A stretch of DNA of 63,944 nucleotides, counting the filler, from Aduncisulcus paluster (Eukaryota): NCBI GenBank assembly GCA_024181965.1. It is 5 parts of 5 records of this genome, joined end to end, with 100 filler letters (N's around TTAATTAATTAA, not from the genome) between each part and the next. Parts side by side here need not be neighbours in the genome. Positions count along the whole stretch, not along the records: positions 1 to 12,097 come from BQXS01012617.1; 4 more parts are not named here. One strand, written 5' to 3'. The position numbers and the translations under genes are program-made. Under the pieces are notes generated by a model. It did not search any database and was not told the origin of the DNA. It saw nothing but the letters and a program-made list of their open reading frames with translations. Positions 1 through 11,040 of the stretch are shown here, one piece after another; position 1 is the first letter of the stretch, and each line of letters begins with the position of its first letter.

Positions 1-2096
1 TTGTGCACGTACACTCTCACCCATTCCATCCCCACATTGAGTATCCTTTCCCTGCTCAACAGTGTGCTTATCCGTGAGCTCGATCTGTGCAGGGGCTACA
101 TCAGTCCTTTCCACAGACTCAACATTGTCATGCTCCACTGAGACACCAGAGTCCGAACCAACATAGCTGTCAGAGTCATGTGAACTGGGGACATTGTCTT
201 GCTCGGAAATAACATCATCCCCGGGAGTATCTCCAACTTGGGGCATACCTTCCCGATCATGTTCCTCCTTATGCTCAGTCCGACCATCAGCACGGTCAAC
301 ATCCACACCAAGAGGGGATGACAAGGGAATATCATCAGGACGAATGGCACTGGCACTGGGATGTTGGTCATCAACTATCCCCTGGGTAATGGGTTGTTTG
401 GGGGGTTCCTCAATGGATTCCCTCTCAACTTCTTCATTGCCTTGAGAAATCTCCTCCTCTTTATCATCATGAACGACAACACTATTCTCCTCATCAAAAG
501 TTGATTCCTTATCACTGACGCTTTCAGTTTCACTGGATTCATCTTCTTCTTCATAAGCAGATTCTTTGTGTTCAGGGGAAGGGACTAAATTATCACATTT
601 ATCCTCATGAACTTTCACACGTTCTTTCCTCCTCCTCTTCCTCTTCACAAACAACAGAGGAATCATTCTTCTCGTCAACCAATTTCTTTTTTTCCGGAAA
701 TAGAACGTGAGAAAGAAGCCCATGGGAATCCTCAAGAGTATCATGTACAATAATGCTTGGTTCAGAGCTATCATCTGTGTTAGAGGAAGAATCTTCAGAG
801 TCTTCCTTCTCAACTCCATTTTTAGAATCAAACTGGTTCGTTGGAGACTCTGGAATCGAGCATGGATGAATAATTACTGATTTGTTTGGATTATCTAATT
901 CGGGAGAAGTAATCTTGTCAGTTTCATGTTTAATTTGAGTCTTATTTTTTCCAGGAATGGGTGGAAGAGAACTAGAACTTGAAGTAGATGAATCATCAAC
1001 AGAATCAGTAGAATCATTATTATCTGATATCTCCGATCCCAATGTTTTAATAATGGTGGTTTGAACAGCTATTGGCTGATCTAAAGGATTTTCTAAAGGT
1101 TTTGAAGGAGTTATGTCGGCTTTGGGAGAATCCATGAAATGAGGAGAATCCGAAACAGNNNNNNNNNNNNNNNNNNNNATTACTGATTTGTTTGGATTAT
1201 CTAATTCGGGAGAAGTAATCTTGTCAGTTTCATGGTTAATTTGAGTCTTATTTTTTCCAGGAATGGGTGGAAGAGAACTAGAACTTGAAGTAGATGAATC
1301 ATCAACAGAATCAGTAGAATCATTATTATCTGATATCTCCGATCCCAATGTTTTAATAATGGTGGTTTGAACAGCTATTGGCTGATCTAAAGGATTTTCT
1401 AAAGGTTTTGAAGGAGTTATGTCGGCTTTGGGAGAATCCATGAAATGAGGAGAATCCGAAACAGATTCATGTTGATCTATCTTAGATTCGGGTGGAATAC
1501 CCTCAGAACCAGGCTTTGACGATGAGATTGTTGGAAATGTGGATTCTATTTCAATATCAAGCTCAGCGCCACCTTCATCCATAATTTGCCTGGTTTCCTG
1601 TTTAGCATCGGGTGTATGGGGAATTATTGTTGGTGTATATACAGGTTCAGAGGCTGAATCAGGAATATATTTGGGTAAATTTGGACTTTGATCTTTATCT
1701 AGTTTGATATCTTTTGGGGGGGAAGAGGTTGGCAATTCTTCCTTTTTATAATCATGTGATTCATGTTTATCAATTTTTTCTGGCGTTTCTAGCGGCTGAA
1801 AAGAAATCCGAGGATGTTCACCATCTTGAGGGATAGAATCGTTAACAATATCCGCTTCAACCTAGAATATCAGTAAAGACAAAGTTTTTTTAAATAAATT
1901 AATAAAAATATCAAAAGAATATTGAATATGTGAATTGGGACAGCAATTATCAACATACGGGCTTAGAACAACCGCAAGGTCGAAATATTTTCCTAAAAAA
2001 ACTCATTTAAGATACTATAGAGTTGTAAATTTGGCAAATTTTTAGAATAAATAGTCAATACACTCTCAAAAAGAGGTGAAGTGATCTCCCCTGCAT
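1..2096 (-). CDS. Large acidic, low-complexity (D/E/S/P-rich) protein; predicted exons 2096-2062, 1992-1959, 1861-<1; runs off window start
   Basis: The ORF 605-1735 frame stays open up to an AG acceptor at 1862. Two upstream exons join in frame (MQGRSLHLFLRVKIFRPCGCSKP|VEADIVND...). After a 1-nt slip at ~630 another frame stays open to position 1. About 280 bp are duplicated across the N gap at 1159-1178. Confidence 0.55.
1862..1958 (-). other. Spliceosomal intron (97 nt)
   Basis: Donor GTATGT; 3' end TACTGATATTCTAG with a branch-like motif next to the AG; removal keeps the reading frame. Confidence 0.65.
1993..2061 (-). other. Probable spliceosomal intron (69 nt)
   Basis: GTATTG...TTTTTTAG; joins an ATG-initiated 35-nt exon to the 34-nt exon in frame. 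Confidence 0.45.
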
Positions 2097-2167
2097 GACT
2101 GAAATCTTTAAGAAATTTAATATAGAATAACTTAGAATTGACAAAATACAAATATAAAAATTTTAAT

Positions 2168-3157
2168 TTATTCAATAATATCGAATTTAACTCTTTCTAA
2201 AGCCTCAGAAATAGCAATAGATCTTCTATCGATATAAGAAAGTTTCTCACGAGTAGACAATGCCAGTCTATGCGTAACAGGTCTAGAACTCCATTCTAAT
2301 GCGGAAACTTTTGCTTCAGCATCGATTGTTCTGCCGTCAAGTGAAGTTATCTGAGGTATTGATGATACAACCTGATATGTGTATACACTACCAGTGAATT
2401 GATGTTTACCATCATCATCATAACGTGTATCTTGCACCATTGATGGAGCAGCATGTACCCCACTCCCTCTCAATACAAGAGTTCTCAGAAGAATAAAGTT
2501 TCCCAGTTTCACGAGTTCTTCAAGTTCTTTCCCCTTCCCAAACTTCGGAGCTCCTTCAGCAATAATTGTTTTTATCCAAGGATTCGTACATGCAGCAATT
2601 GGCTCAAGTGTTATTACATTCGTCATTGATATATCAATTTTCTCCAATACTTTACATCGATGAAATCCATCAAGAGATTTCAGAGGATTATGTGATAAAT
2701 TTACATCAATTAAGGTTCCACAAGCTGCATGCTTACAAGAAATGATCATATTATAACTTAAATCCAGACTTTCTAATTGGCTCCCTTCAAGAAATTCCAA
2801 ATCATTCTTTAAATTTCCAATTTTGTTGGCAGACAGGTTTAATTCCCGAAGAAGAGGGAATTTTTCAGAGAGTAAAGGAATATCTTCATCACTTAATCCT
2901 TGATCTGAAAGATCCAAAACTTTAATATCAAGCTGTGAACCCAAAATTGGGTGTTTTTGATAATAATCGAGTAATAATGGCTGTAATACTTTATCTTCCG
3001 TCTCTTCATCTTCATGATCTTCCGATAACTCATATGGATAATGAGTTATGTCATAAGGTTCGGCAAGTTGCCCAAATCCTTTTTCTTTCTTAAAAATTGA
3101 TACTTTTGATCTTTTTCTATACTTTAAAAATTTCTCAATTGGCGGTATAGAATCCAT
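2168..3157 (-). CDS. Leucine-rich repeat protein (SDS22/U2A'-like LRRs with LRR cap)
   Basis: Repeated LxxLxLSxN motifs (LRELNLSANKI, LESLDLSYNMI, LIDVNLSHNPL, LEKIDISMTNV) and cap YxxxVxxxIPQITSLDG. Confidence 0.8.
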   Translation of the reverse strand: MDSIPPIEKFLKYRKRSKVSIFKKEKGFGQLAEPYDITHYPYELSEDHEDEETEDKVLQPLLLDYYQKHPILGSQLDIKVLDLSDQGLSDEDIPLLSEKFPLLRELNLSANKIGNLKNDLEFLEGSQLESLDLSYNMIISCKHAACGTLIDVNLSHNPLKSLDGFHRCKVLEKIDISMTNVITLEPIAACTNPWIKTIIAEGAPKFGKGKELEELVKLGNFILLRTLVLRGSGVHAAPSMVQDTRYDDDGKHQFTGSVYTYQVVSSIPQITSLDGRTIDAEAKVSALEWSSRPVTHRLALSTREKLSYIDRRSIAISEALERVKFDIIE

Positions 3158-3482
3158 TTTCCTTGTTATTTAGATGAGAAACGAACGAAAATCAGATATC
3201 TGCTTTTTAAGGAGAAATATGATATTGCTCTTGCATGGATTAAAAGTGTTAATAAATTAATTTTATATTTTAAAAACAAAAATAATTATGATTCTTCTAT
3301 TTCAGCCAGTATAGCTATCTAAGTTTTCTATAAATAAATATCCAATTTAAGCCAAGCAAAAAAGAAAATGTTAATAATGGAAGTCATTAATTATGTTCGA
3401 ACTCAGTTTTTACAGTGGTTTTGTAGACTTTAAAAATGTTTGCGCAGACTCTCTTTTTCGTTCCATCACTTCAAAATTTAGT

Positions 3483-4805
3483 ATGAAAAAGCAACCTATT
3501 GGTGTATATCCAACAATCGGAAGATATTCTTATGCTATAGAAAAAGATTCCAAGGTTGCCCAACCTTCCAAAACATTTTCTGCCCATGGCTCTTCTTTGC
3601 AAGGACCATCGTGTGCAACTACTATTTTTGATGCAAATGGAATTGCTAAGCCTGATATTTTCACTCCAATCATATCTCCAAAAATTAAAGAAGAAGAAGA
3701 CAGTTCAACTTCTATTCCTATTCAACGTATTTCTGCCCGTCTAACTCCCTTGTCGACTAAGGATGAAGAAGATATTAAAGGTATAAAATGCTCGACTCCT
3801 GTTGTATGTCTTCCTGATGATGAATCGCCTGAGGAAGCACTTCTCCACATTCCTCCTTCAATCGTTGACATTGACAGTTGTGTCAGCAAAGATATCAGAT
3901 ATTCTCATGAAATTGCTCATGATTTAATTCTAAATATGATTGAAAAACAACATAAATATCTCCCTAGCGAAAACTATTCCTCAATATATGATGGTGATGT
4001 TAAACCTCAGATGATTCGAGTCGTTGTCAACTGGATTATCGAGGTTGTTGAGGAATTTGAACTTTCTAACGAGACTTACTACCTTGCTACTTCAATGTTT
4101 CATCGTTTCCTCTCTAAAGTGAGTGTCTCTCGCAAAAGACTTCAACTTATTGCTGTTACATGCTTGTTCATTGCCAGCAAGATCGAAGAGGTACAACCAC
4201 CCGTTATTGGCGACTATGAATACATCACTGATCACGCCTTTTCTCGTGAGGAAATAATTGCCACTGAAGCTTTGATTTTGAAACACCTCGATTTCTGCAT
4301 TACTGTGCCCAACCCCCGTACTTTTCTTCGTCGTTTCTGTAGAGCTGCCAGAATGCGTCGTACCGATTGTATTCTTGCGTATTATCTCTGTGAGATCAGT
4401 CAAACCGATGCCACGATGATGCATTACCCTCCTTCAATGATAGCCGCTGCAGCTGTTTCTCTGGCCCTTCAAGCCAGCAGTGGAAGTGTTCTCGAAACAT
4501 ATTGGAGTCATACATTGTGCTTTTACACAACCTTGAGCTTTGAAGATATTCATGGTGTTCGTGAGGCTCTCCGTAATTGTTGGGAGGTTAATGTCACTAA
4601 GCCTGCTACTTGTGATCCTTCTGCCAACGATGGTGATGTTTCCCCATCTCTCCAGAAGTTTGCCACCTGTTATGCTTCTAAGAAGGCTTGTACATCATTC
4701 TTGAGTGCCGACAGTATTGTCGATGCCCATTTAGAGTTCTGTGATGAGGAAGGAAAGGTTATTGTTCAGGCTTCAAAGAGGTTTGAACCCTCAAAGTATT
4801 ATTGA
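3483..4805 (+). CDS. Cyclin, A/B type (in-frame upstream ATG at 3393 is an alternative start)
   Basis: Cyclin box QMIRVVVNWIIEV...ETYYLA...RFLS...LQLIAVTCLFIASKIEE...YITD...E..IL..LDF, followed by a Cyclin_C region (FLRRF, YLCE, YPPSMIAAAA). Confidence 0.93.
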   Translation: MKKQPIGVYPTIGRYSYAIEKDSKVAQPSKTFSAHGSSLQGPSCATTIFDANGIAKPDIFTPIISPKIKEEEDSSTSIPIQRISARLTPLSTKDEEDIKGIKCSTPVVCLPDDESPEEALLHIPPSIVDIDSCVSKDIRYSHEIAHDLILNMIEKQHKYLPSENYSSIYDGDVKPQMIRVVVNWIIEVVEEFELSNETYYLATSMFHRFLSKVSVSRKRLQLIAVTCLFIASKIEEVQPPVIGDYEYITDHAFSREEIIATEALILKHLDFCITVPNPRTFLRRFCRAARMRRTDCILAYYLCEISQTDATMMHYPPSMIAAAAVSLALQASSGSVLETYWSHTLCFYTTLSFEDIHGVREALRNCWEVNVTKPATCDPSANDGDVSPSLQKFATCYASKKACTSFLSADSIVDAHLEFCDEEGKVIVQASKRFEPSKYY

Positions 4806-5248
4806 TTTTTGTTTTGTTTTTGTTCTTTATGGATCATTATCTTATCGGTAGTGAGTTTTAGCATTTATTTCAATTGTCTGTGAGTATTCGTTTATTCTCC
4901 TACTTCATTTCTATTATTTTTTTTATCAACGCTTGTGAATCACTTTCTCTATTATTTTGTTTTCCCTTGTCAAACACTCTTGTGGTGAGAATGGCTTTAT
5001 CTAAGCTTGTACCTTGGATGGGTCTTCCGCCACAAATAGTGTTTAATGCACTGTTTGTTTCATATATTTACATGATTTTGGGAAAGTTGTCCTCTCCTTT
5101 GTCATGTGGTTGTGTTCAAGTTGTGTATCAACAATAAAAATGCCTATTTTAGGATTTGTATGTTTTGTACCTTTGAAAATTTTTTGTTTATTAGATAAAG
5201 CGATAAAACAGACCAGTAATGGTCAATAGCGAGATTTTTACAGGGATG

Positions 5249-5437
5249 TTATTCATCCTCACAACCACATCCGCAATATTTCTTCTCCTTGCAAGGTTTG
5301 CAGCACTCCTTCTCGCCGCATGTACATTTGTCACAACATTTTCCATCGCACATGCACTTTCCTGATTCATCACATTTGCATTTGTCACATCCGCAACCAC
5401 ATCCACAGCAACAACAGTCTTTCTTTTCAGAGTCCAT
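5249..5437 (-). CDS. Metallothionein-like protein, 62 aa (one-unit form)
   Basis: 21 Cys in 62 aa as CC, CxC and CCCC clusters with K/D/E/G; flanks are duplicated across the N gap at 5676-5695. Confidence 0.7.
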   Translation of the reverse strand: MDSEKKDCCCCGCGCGCDKCKCDESGKCMCDGKCCDKCTCGEKECCKPCKEKKYCGCGCEDE

Positions 5438-5851
5438 TTAATTCTATGTACATATTAATATGATAATGAAAAAAAAGAAAAAAAAAAAATCGAGAATATA
5501 AATCATCGTTTTCAATTGAATTTTGAACAAAAATTTTGTTACAAAGCAAAACATACCTTTACGAAAATTTGTTTTTAAAATTATTATAGATGGTTCCAAA
5601 AACAAGAAGAACGCGTTTAAATAATTTCTAGTATTAGGTCTGTTGTTGTCAATGGAAAGAAATAGAAATGCTTTCNNNNNNNNNNNNNNNNNNNNTCTCC
5701 TTTGTCATGTGGTTGTGTTCAAGTTGTGTATCAACAATAAAAATGCCTATTTTAGGATTTGTATGTTTTGTACCTTTGAAAATTTTTTGTTTATTAGATA
5801 AAGCGATAAAACAGACCAGTAATGGTCAATAGCGAGATTTTTACAGGGATG

Positions 5852-6298
5852 TTATTCATCCTCACAACCACATCCGCAATATTTCTTCTCCTTGCAAGGT
5901 TTGCAGCACTCCTTCTCGCCGCATGTACATTTGTCACAACATTTTCCATCGCACATGCACTTTCCTGATTCATCACATTTGCATTTGTCACATCCGCAAC
6001 CACATCCGCAGCCACAGCATCCTTTATCCTTGCAACACTCCTTCTCGCCGCATGTACATTTGTCACAACATTTTCCATCGCACATGCACTTTCCTGATTC
6101 ATCACATTTGCATTTGTCACATCCGCAACCACATCCGCAGCCACAGCATCCTTTATCCTTGCAACACTCCTTCTCGCCGCATGTACATTTGTCACAACAT
6201 TTTCCATCGCACATGCACTTTCCTGATTCATCACATTTGCATTTGTCACATCCGCAACCACATCCACAGCAACAACAGTCTTTCTTTTCAGAGTCCAT
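5852..6298 (-). CDS. Multidomain metallothionein-like protein, 148 aa (two extra 43-aa/129-bp units)
   Basis: Same termini and flanks as 5249-5437, with the 129-bp Cys-rich unit repeated three times. Confidence 0.75.
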   Translation of the reverse strand: MDSEKKDCCCCGCGCGCDKCKCDESGKCMCDGKCCDKCTCGEKECCKDKGCCGCGCGCGCDKCKCDESGKCMCDGKCCDKCTCGEKECCKDKGCCGCGCGCGCDKCKCDESGKCMCDGKCCDKCTCGEKECCKPCKEKKYCGCGCEDE

Positions 6299-7040
6299 TT
6301 AATTCTATGTACATATTAATATGATAATGAAAAAAAAGAAAAAAAAAAATCGAGAATATAAATCATCGTTTTCAATTGAATTTTGAACAAAAATTTTGTT
6401 ACAAAGCAAAACATACCTTTACGAAAATTTGTTTTTAAAATTATTATAGATGGTTCCAAAAACAAGAAGAACGCGTTTAAATAATTTCTAGTATTAGGTC
6501 TGTTGTTGTCAATGGAAAGAAATAGAAATGCTTTCCATATCTCCTTCTAGACACATATTTCGGATCACAAAAATGTTAAACGATGTCGACAAATCCCATT
6601 TACTTTTTCTTCGATGTTGTATACTTCTTTTAACCATGTGAACCTTCTAGTTTATCAAATTTTTTGGCCTATTACGAGAAGCTTGAATATATCAACGAAT
6701 GCTCATTTTTCTTGTAAGTACCAGTGATATATAAATTTATTTTTTGGATGCAGTGTTATTCTTATTATGATTCTGAGTTTTTTTTTTATAATCGAACCAA
6801 CTTCTTCAATTCGTTTCTTTATGAGAAGAGAAACGCGGAAATATGTTATTTTTTACTCTTATCTTGGTTTTCGCCACTCTAATATACATTAATTAAGATA
6901 ATCAGGCAGAACTGTCAGTCGCCGAATACTATCAATTCAGATGAGGAAATATCTTCCAAAATAAATTATAACTATTTATTTGGAACGTTTTCTTTCATTA
7001 TATCAGCATTAAGAATAATTATTTCGAGAGGTCGAAGGAT

Positions 7041-7538
7041 CTATGGGCAAGCTCCGGCTGAAGCAACGGAAAGGATAAGAGAAATCAAAAGTCCGAAGAT
7101 AGCTAAGGCTTCACCAAAAACAAGACACAAAAGAAGAGCGGTGAAGAGACGTTCATTTCTAGCACAAGCCCTACTTCCTGCATTTCCAGCCACTCCAATG
7201 GCAAGTCCAGCGGCAAGAGCAGACACACCAGTACAAATTCCAGCAGCTAAATGAGCGTAAGCATTCTTGTAAGCATAGGCATCATTAATCTTCACCATGA
7301 TAATGATAGATGTGATCAATCCAAAAATACCAAGCACACCAGCCAGAATAACGGGCAAGGAAAGCTTAACAATTTGTCTGGGGGACATCAAACTGGCAGC
7401 AACTGCACCAACACCACTCTTACCAATTCCAAAAGCAGATCCGAGAGATGACAAACTCATAGCAATTGCAATTCCAAAGTAACCAAAGAAATAGGCTGTA
7501 GGCTCACATAATGAATCATCGTTTGTGATGTAATCCAT
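7041..7538 (-). CDS. VMA3: V-type H+-ATPase 16 kDa proteolipid subunit c
   Basis: 165 aa, four TM helices; FFG..G...A..LSSLGSAFG..KSG, PVILAGVLGIFGL, GLAIG..G; catalytic Glu in VFGEALAIFGL. Confidence 0.95.
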   Translation of the reverse strand: MDYITNDDSLCEPTAYFFGYFGIAIAMSLSSLGSAFGIGKSGVGAVAASLMSPRQIVKLSLPVILAGVLGIFGLITSIIIMVKINDAYAYKNAYAHLAAGICTGVSALAAGLAIGVAGNAGSRACARNERLFTALLLCLVFGEALAIFGLLISLILSVASAGACP

Positions 7539-8175
7539 ATTTTATCTATTTTTCTTGAGATTGTTGGCAAAACGAAAAAGTACCATTGATGTCGAAAATA
7601 GAAATAATTTGTGCAGGTAATTTAAATTAACAAGTTATTTTGATCAAATTATATTTGTTCCAATATTTATTTTTAACGTGGATTCTGTTATTCAGAATTG
7701 TAGATTTGAAGTTGTTTATTCTTTGAAAAAATGAAAAATTGTAAGATTCTTGTTTCATAATTTATTGTTTTTAATTGTATTTTTATGTTGAAATTCTTTT
7801 TTCATGAGTGGTTTTCTCAGTCCGACTTCTTTTCTCTTCGGGGAAGCAATGGAATTTATTTCGCAATAACAATACCATTTCTGTCAAATTACTATTATTT
7901 TGCTACATTTATGAATAATATTATGATGGTGGATGTGTATATTTCGATTTTTTTTTTTTTTTTGTCTTGGATGATTGATTCGAATTCATGAACTTTTTAC
8001 TCCGTGATATTTTTGATGAAAAGTCATGTTATTATATCCCTAATTATCCTTATCTTTTTCTTATTCTGACCGGTTGAAATTAGGTCAACAGCTCTTGTCA
8101 ATCATCGTGACGAGAGAATCAAGGGTTATTTTCAATAATTGCCCTTTTGAAAATACTTCAGTGACTTTGATACAA

Positions 8176-9897
8176 ATGAAAGGAATCTTCACGACCCTTC
8201 TTGTAGCATTGTTGGTATGTTGTGTAACTTGCTATTATTGCCCAACCAAATCTGCAATGGTGAACGATTATTACGTTTCTCCAACACCACCTCAGCTTGA
8301 CTTTGAGTATGATGTTGATACTCGTCTTGTTACACTTCGGGTAACAGCTGAATACATTCCAAATGCTGCTCTTGTTCTTGGTGCCACCCCTTATAATGTT
8401 AATACGAGAACCTGGGGAACATTCTTAACATGTGAAAATCATGTTACAAACTCAGAAGTTACAATTGATACTCTCGCTGAGGCTCTTACCAATCCCCCTC
8501 CTGATACTGTCTCTCTCTCTCTTATGGATGGTTCATCTATCCTCTATCCTGAATCTGCCACTGCTGGACGTTGGACTCGTTCAATTCCAGATTGTACTAC
8601 TGTACGCTACACAACATCATTTTATGTTGATGAGGCTGAAACAATTTGCACTGACGCCAATTCTGTTTCTCCATTCACTATGGAGAGTGCAAACTCTGTT
8701 TTCTTGTTAAGAGGGAGTATTTTTGTAACTTATGTATATGTAAATAATGGCGTTCTTGTTAATATCGATGAACATGAGCTCAGTTATGTTATCGCAAGTC
8801 GTTTAGTTGCCACTGCTGGCGATCTTGAAACTAACTTGAACCCCAAGCCAACTTTCAATAATATTCGTGCCGATTATGACGCATTTGGTCGTTTCACCCT
8901 TGAATTGAACTCTAAATTCGATTATACCGAAGGTGGACGTCTGTGTGATTTTTCTGTTGATGTCCCCGACACAATCAACCCATCTATTTCTATAGAAGCC
9001 TGTGATTGCATTAATTTATGTGGAGAATACTGTCCAGATGATCAATGTTCCCAAGCTTGGAGTGTCACAGCAAAGAATGACCTTTTACCCGGAGAAACAG
9101 CTGGTGAATATCTTATGGAGTGGGCTGGTATCTCATGTGATAATTCCAGTATTTTGAACTGTGGAATAGTTGATGGTGGCTATGCTAAACTTCCGATTGT
9201 TATTACTGAAGAGATTCAAAGTTCTGCCGAGAGGGATAGGCCTGAGGGTGCCCATGTTCTTGTGATGATTGGTGAAAATGCCAATGAATATATTATTCGT
9301 ATTACTGATTTAATCCTTGATACAATTCCCATTATCTCTGAGATCAGAATTTGTGATATGCCTGAAAGTGGAATCGATGTGTGTGATAGTGATTCGTATT
9401 ATTTGATCAAAGATGGAAGCCTTGTTGAAGGAATGACGGTTTCATATGATGCTGAGACAAATGAAATTACTTTTATCTTGGACGCCTCATTATTTGGCGA
9501 AGTTGTTATCCTTGATATCAGAACTGGGTCAAACCAAGTTTCATTCATTGTTCTTGACCCTGTCATCAGTGAAGACACTTCTGATGTGTCTGATTATGTC
9601 AGTTTTGAGGAAGAAATAGAAAGATCTGCATTGGTCGGAGACTCTGAGGCTGATGATGGGAATGATGATGGAACCACCACTGGAGATGATGGAACCACCA
9701 CTGGAGATGATGGAACCACTACTGGAGATGATGGCGATGGAGAAGATGGTGAGGATGGTACTGGAACTGGAGCTGATGGTTCTGATTCCGATGATGAAGG
9801 TGGAAACCTTGGACTTATCCTTGCTTTGAGTGGAGCTGGTCTTGTTGTTCTTGGAGGTCTTGCTGCTGTGTTTGTCTTCTTAAAGAAGAAAAAGTAA
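8176..9897 (+). CDS. Type I membrane protein: signal peptide, Cys-containing ectodomain, acidic (DDGTTTG)3 stalk, TM helix, KKKK tail
   Basis: ATG 8176 gives MKGIFTTLLVALLVCCVTC; 21-bp tandem repeat at 9664-9734; hydrophobic LGLILALSGAGLVVLGGLAAVFVFL then KKKK-stop. Confidence 0.8.
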   Translation: MKGIFTTLLVALLVCCVTCYYCPTKSAMVNDYYVSPTPPQLDFEYDVDTRLVTLRVTAEYIPNAALVLGATPYNVNTRTWGTFLTCENHVTNSEVTIDTLAEALTNPPPDTVSLSLMDGSSILYPESATAGRWTRSIPDCTTVRYTTSFYVDEAETICTDANSVSPFTMESANSVFLLRGSIFVTYVYVNNGVLVNIDEHELSYVIASRLVATAGDLETNLNPKPTFNNIRADYDAFGRFTLELNSKFDYTEGGRLCDFSVDVPDTINPSISIEACDCINLCGEYCPDDQCSQAWSVTAKNDLLPGETAGEYLMEWAGISCDNSSILNCGIVDGGYAKLPIVITEEIQSSAERDRPEGAHVLVMIGENANEYIIRITDLILDTIPIISEIRICDMPESGIDVCDSDSYYLIKDGSLVEGMTVSYDAETNEITFILDASLFGEVVILDIRTGSNQVSFIVLDPVISEDTSDVSDYVSFEEEIERSALVGDSEADDGNDDGTTTGDDGTTTGDDGTTTGDDGDGEDGEDGTGTGADGSDSDDEGGNLGLILALSGAGLVVLGGLAAVFVFLKKKK

Positions 9898-10348
9898 GGC
9901 AAATGAAAAGATAATTATTCATTATACCTTTATTGTTATTTTATTTTTCTCTTATGTTGAAAGTATAATAAAAGAGTGTAATTTTTGGAGGGCACTTAAT
10001 GTGTCTATATTTTAGGAATATCATAAACTCGTCTGACTTCAGACGATCTGAATTTATTGAATTCCAATCAAGAAGTCAAATCATTCGATTTGGTTTTTTT
10101 GGAAGTGTTGTGAATCACTACTGTGATTCATGATCATTCCACTTGCATAGATCACTGAAATAATAATGTTCAAAGAAAAATTATGATACAACAATGAAAT
10201 TTAATATTAGAATATAAAATATGCATCCTGAAAGTAACGTTCCATGAAAACAGTACAAAACTATGAATAACCCTTGCCATATTGAGGAAAATAAGATATG
10301 TTCTTAATATTCGAAATTAAATAGACGAGATAATGCCATTCAAAATAT

Positions 10349-11040
10349 TCATACAAAAATCATACCATGAATACACGTATTCTTGTTATCGCGACCTCGC
10401 CACATTCCTTTTCCTTCGATCCTACATACTGTAACATTTTCAATTTCAATAGGGAGCAAATACCATTCATATTCTTTTGGACGACTAAATTCATATCTTT
10501 TAATGCGAGTTTTACCAGTGGAGCTTGACAATTTCAACTCAAGGTATGGAGGACCATCAATCTTAAAAACACAGATATACACGCCACTAATATAAATAGG
10601 AGTTAAAAAGGGAATTTTAAGGTGTGAAAACCAACATGAAGCATCCCCCAAAATCATATTTTGAGCTTCAAGACTTCGATTGTGAAATGATGAGGTTGAA
10701 AGAACTGATTTATCAAGACAAATAACATTAGAAATATCAGGAACAATAATATTTGATGAAGTACGAGGTATTGGAGGATGTTTTTTATCACCTCGCCCTT
10801 TAAAAATTGGTTTGACAGTTTCAATCTGAAAAAAAATATGAGTTATCAGAAAAAAAAATAATAAAAAAGTACAAATATATCCCAAATACAAAATGAATCA
10901 TTATTAATTTTAAATTTAATTGAACCATGATCTTTGGTGAAGAAGAATACCACAATAATAGAGAATATAATAACAAAGATCCATAATCCCAAAGATTCAT
11001 TCTAGTTTTGGAGAATAAATATACAGTATGTACTTACCAT
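10349..11040 (-). CDS. Lineage-expanded orphan family protein (one ~160-aa domain); exon 1 is the ATG only (11040-11038), exon 2 is 10825-10349
   Basis: ATG|GTAAGT donor at 11037 and TTTTTTCAG acceptor at 10826 give M-IETVKPIF..., matching the N-terminus of paralog 44667-45761; shared PIPR, GxYIC, KRYEF, WYxLPI, CxIEGK motifs. Confidence 0.7.

Noticed and set aside
879..1462. ~94-aa internal repeat in ORF 605-1735
   Set aside because: The two copies flank a 20-N gap; this is an assembly overlap.
5880..6270. CRISPR-like repeat array
   Set aside because: 129-bp head-to-tail coding repeats without spacers; no cas genes; eukaryotic context.
5892..6324. His-rich ORFs on the plus strand and alternative-frame ORFs over the metallothionein
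   Set aside because: Shadow frames of TGT/TGC-rich codons.
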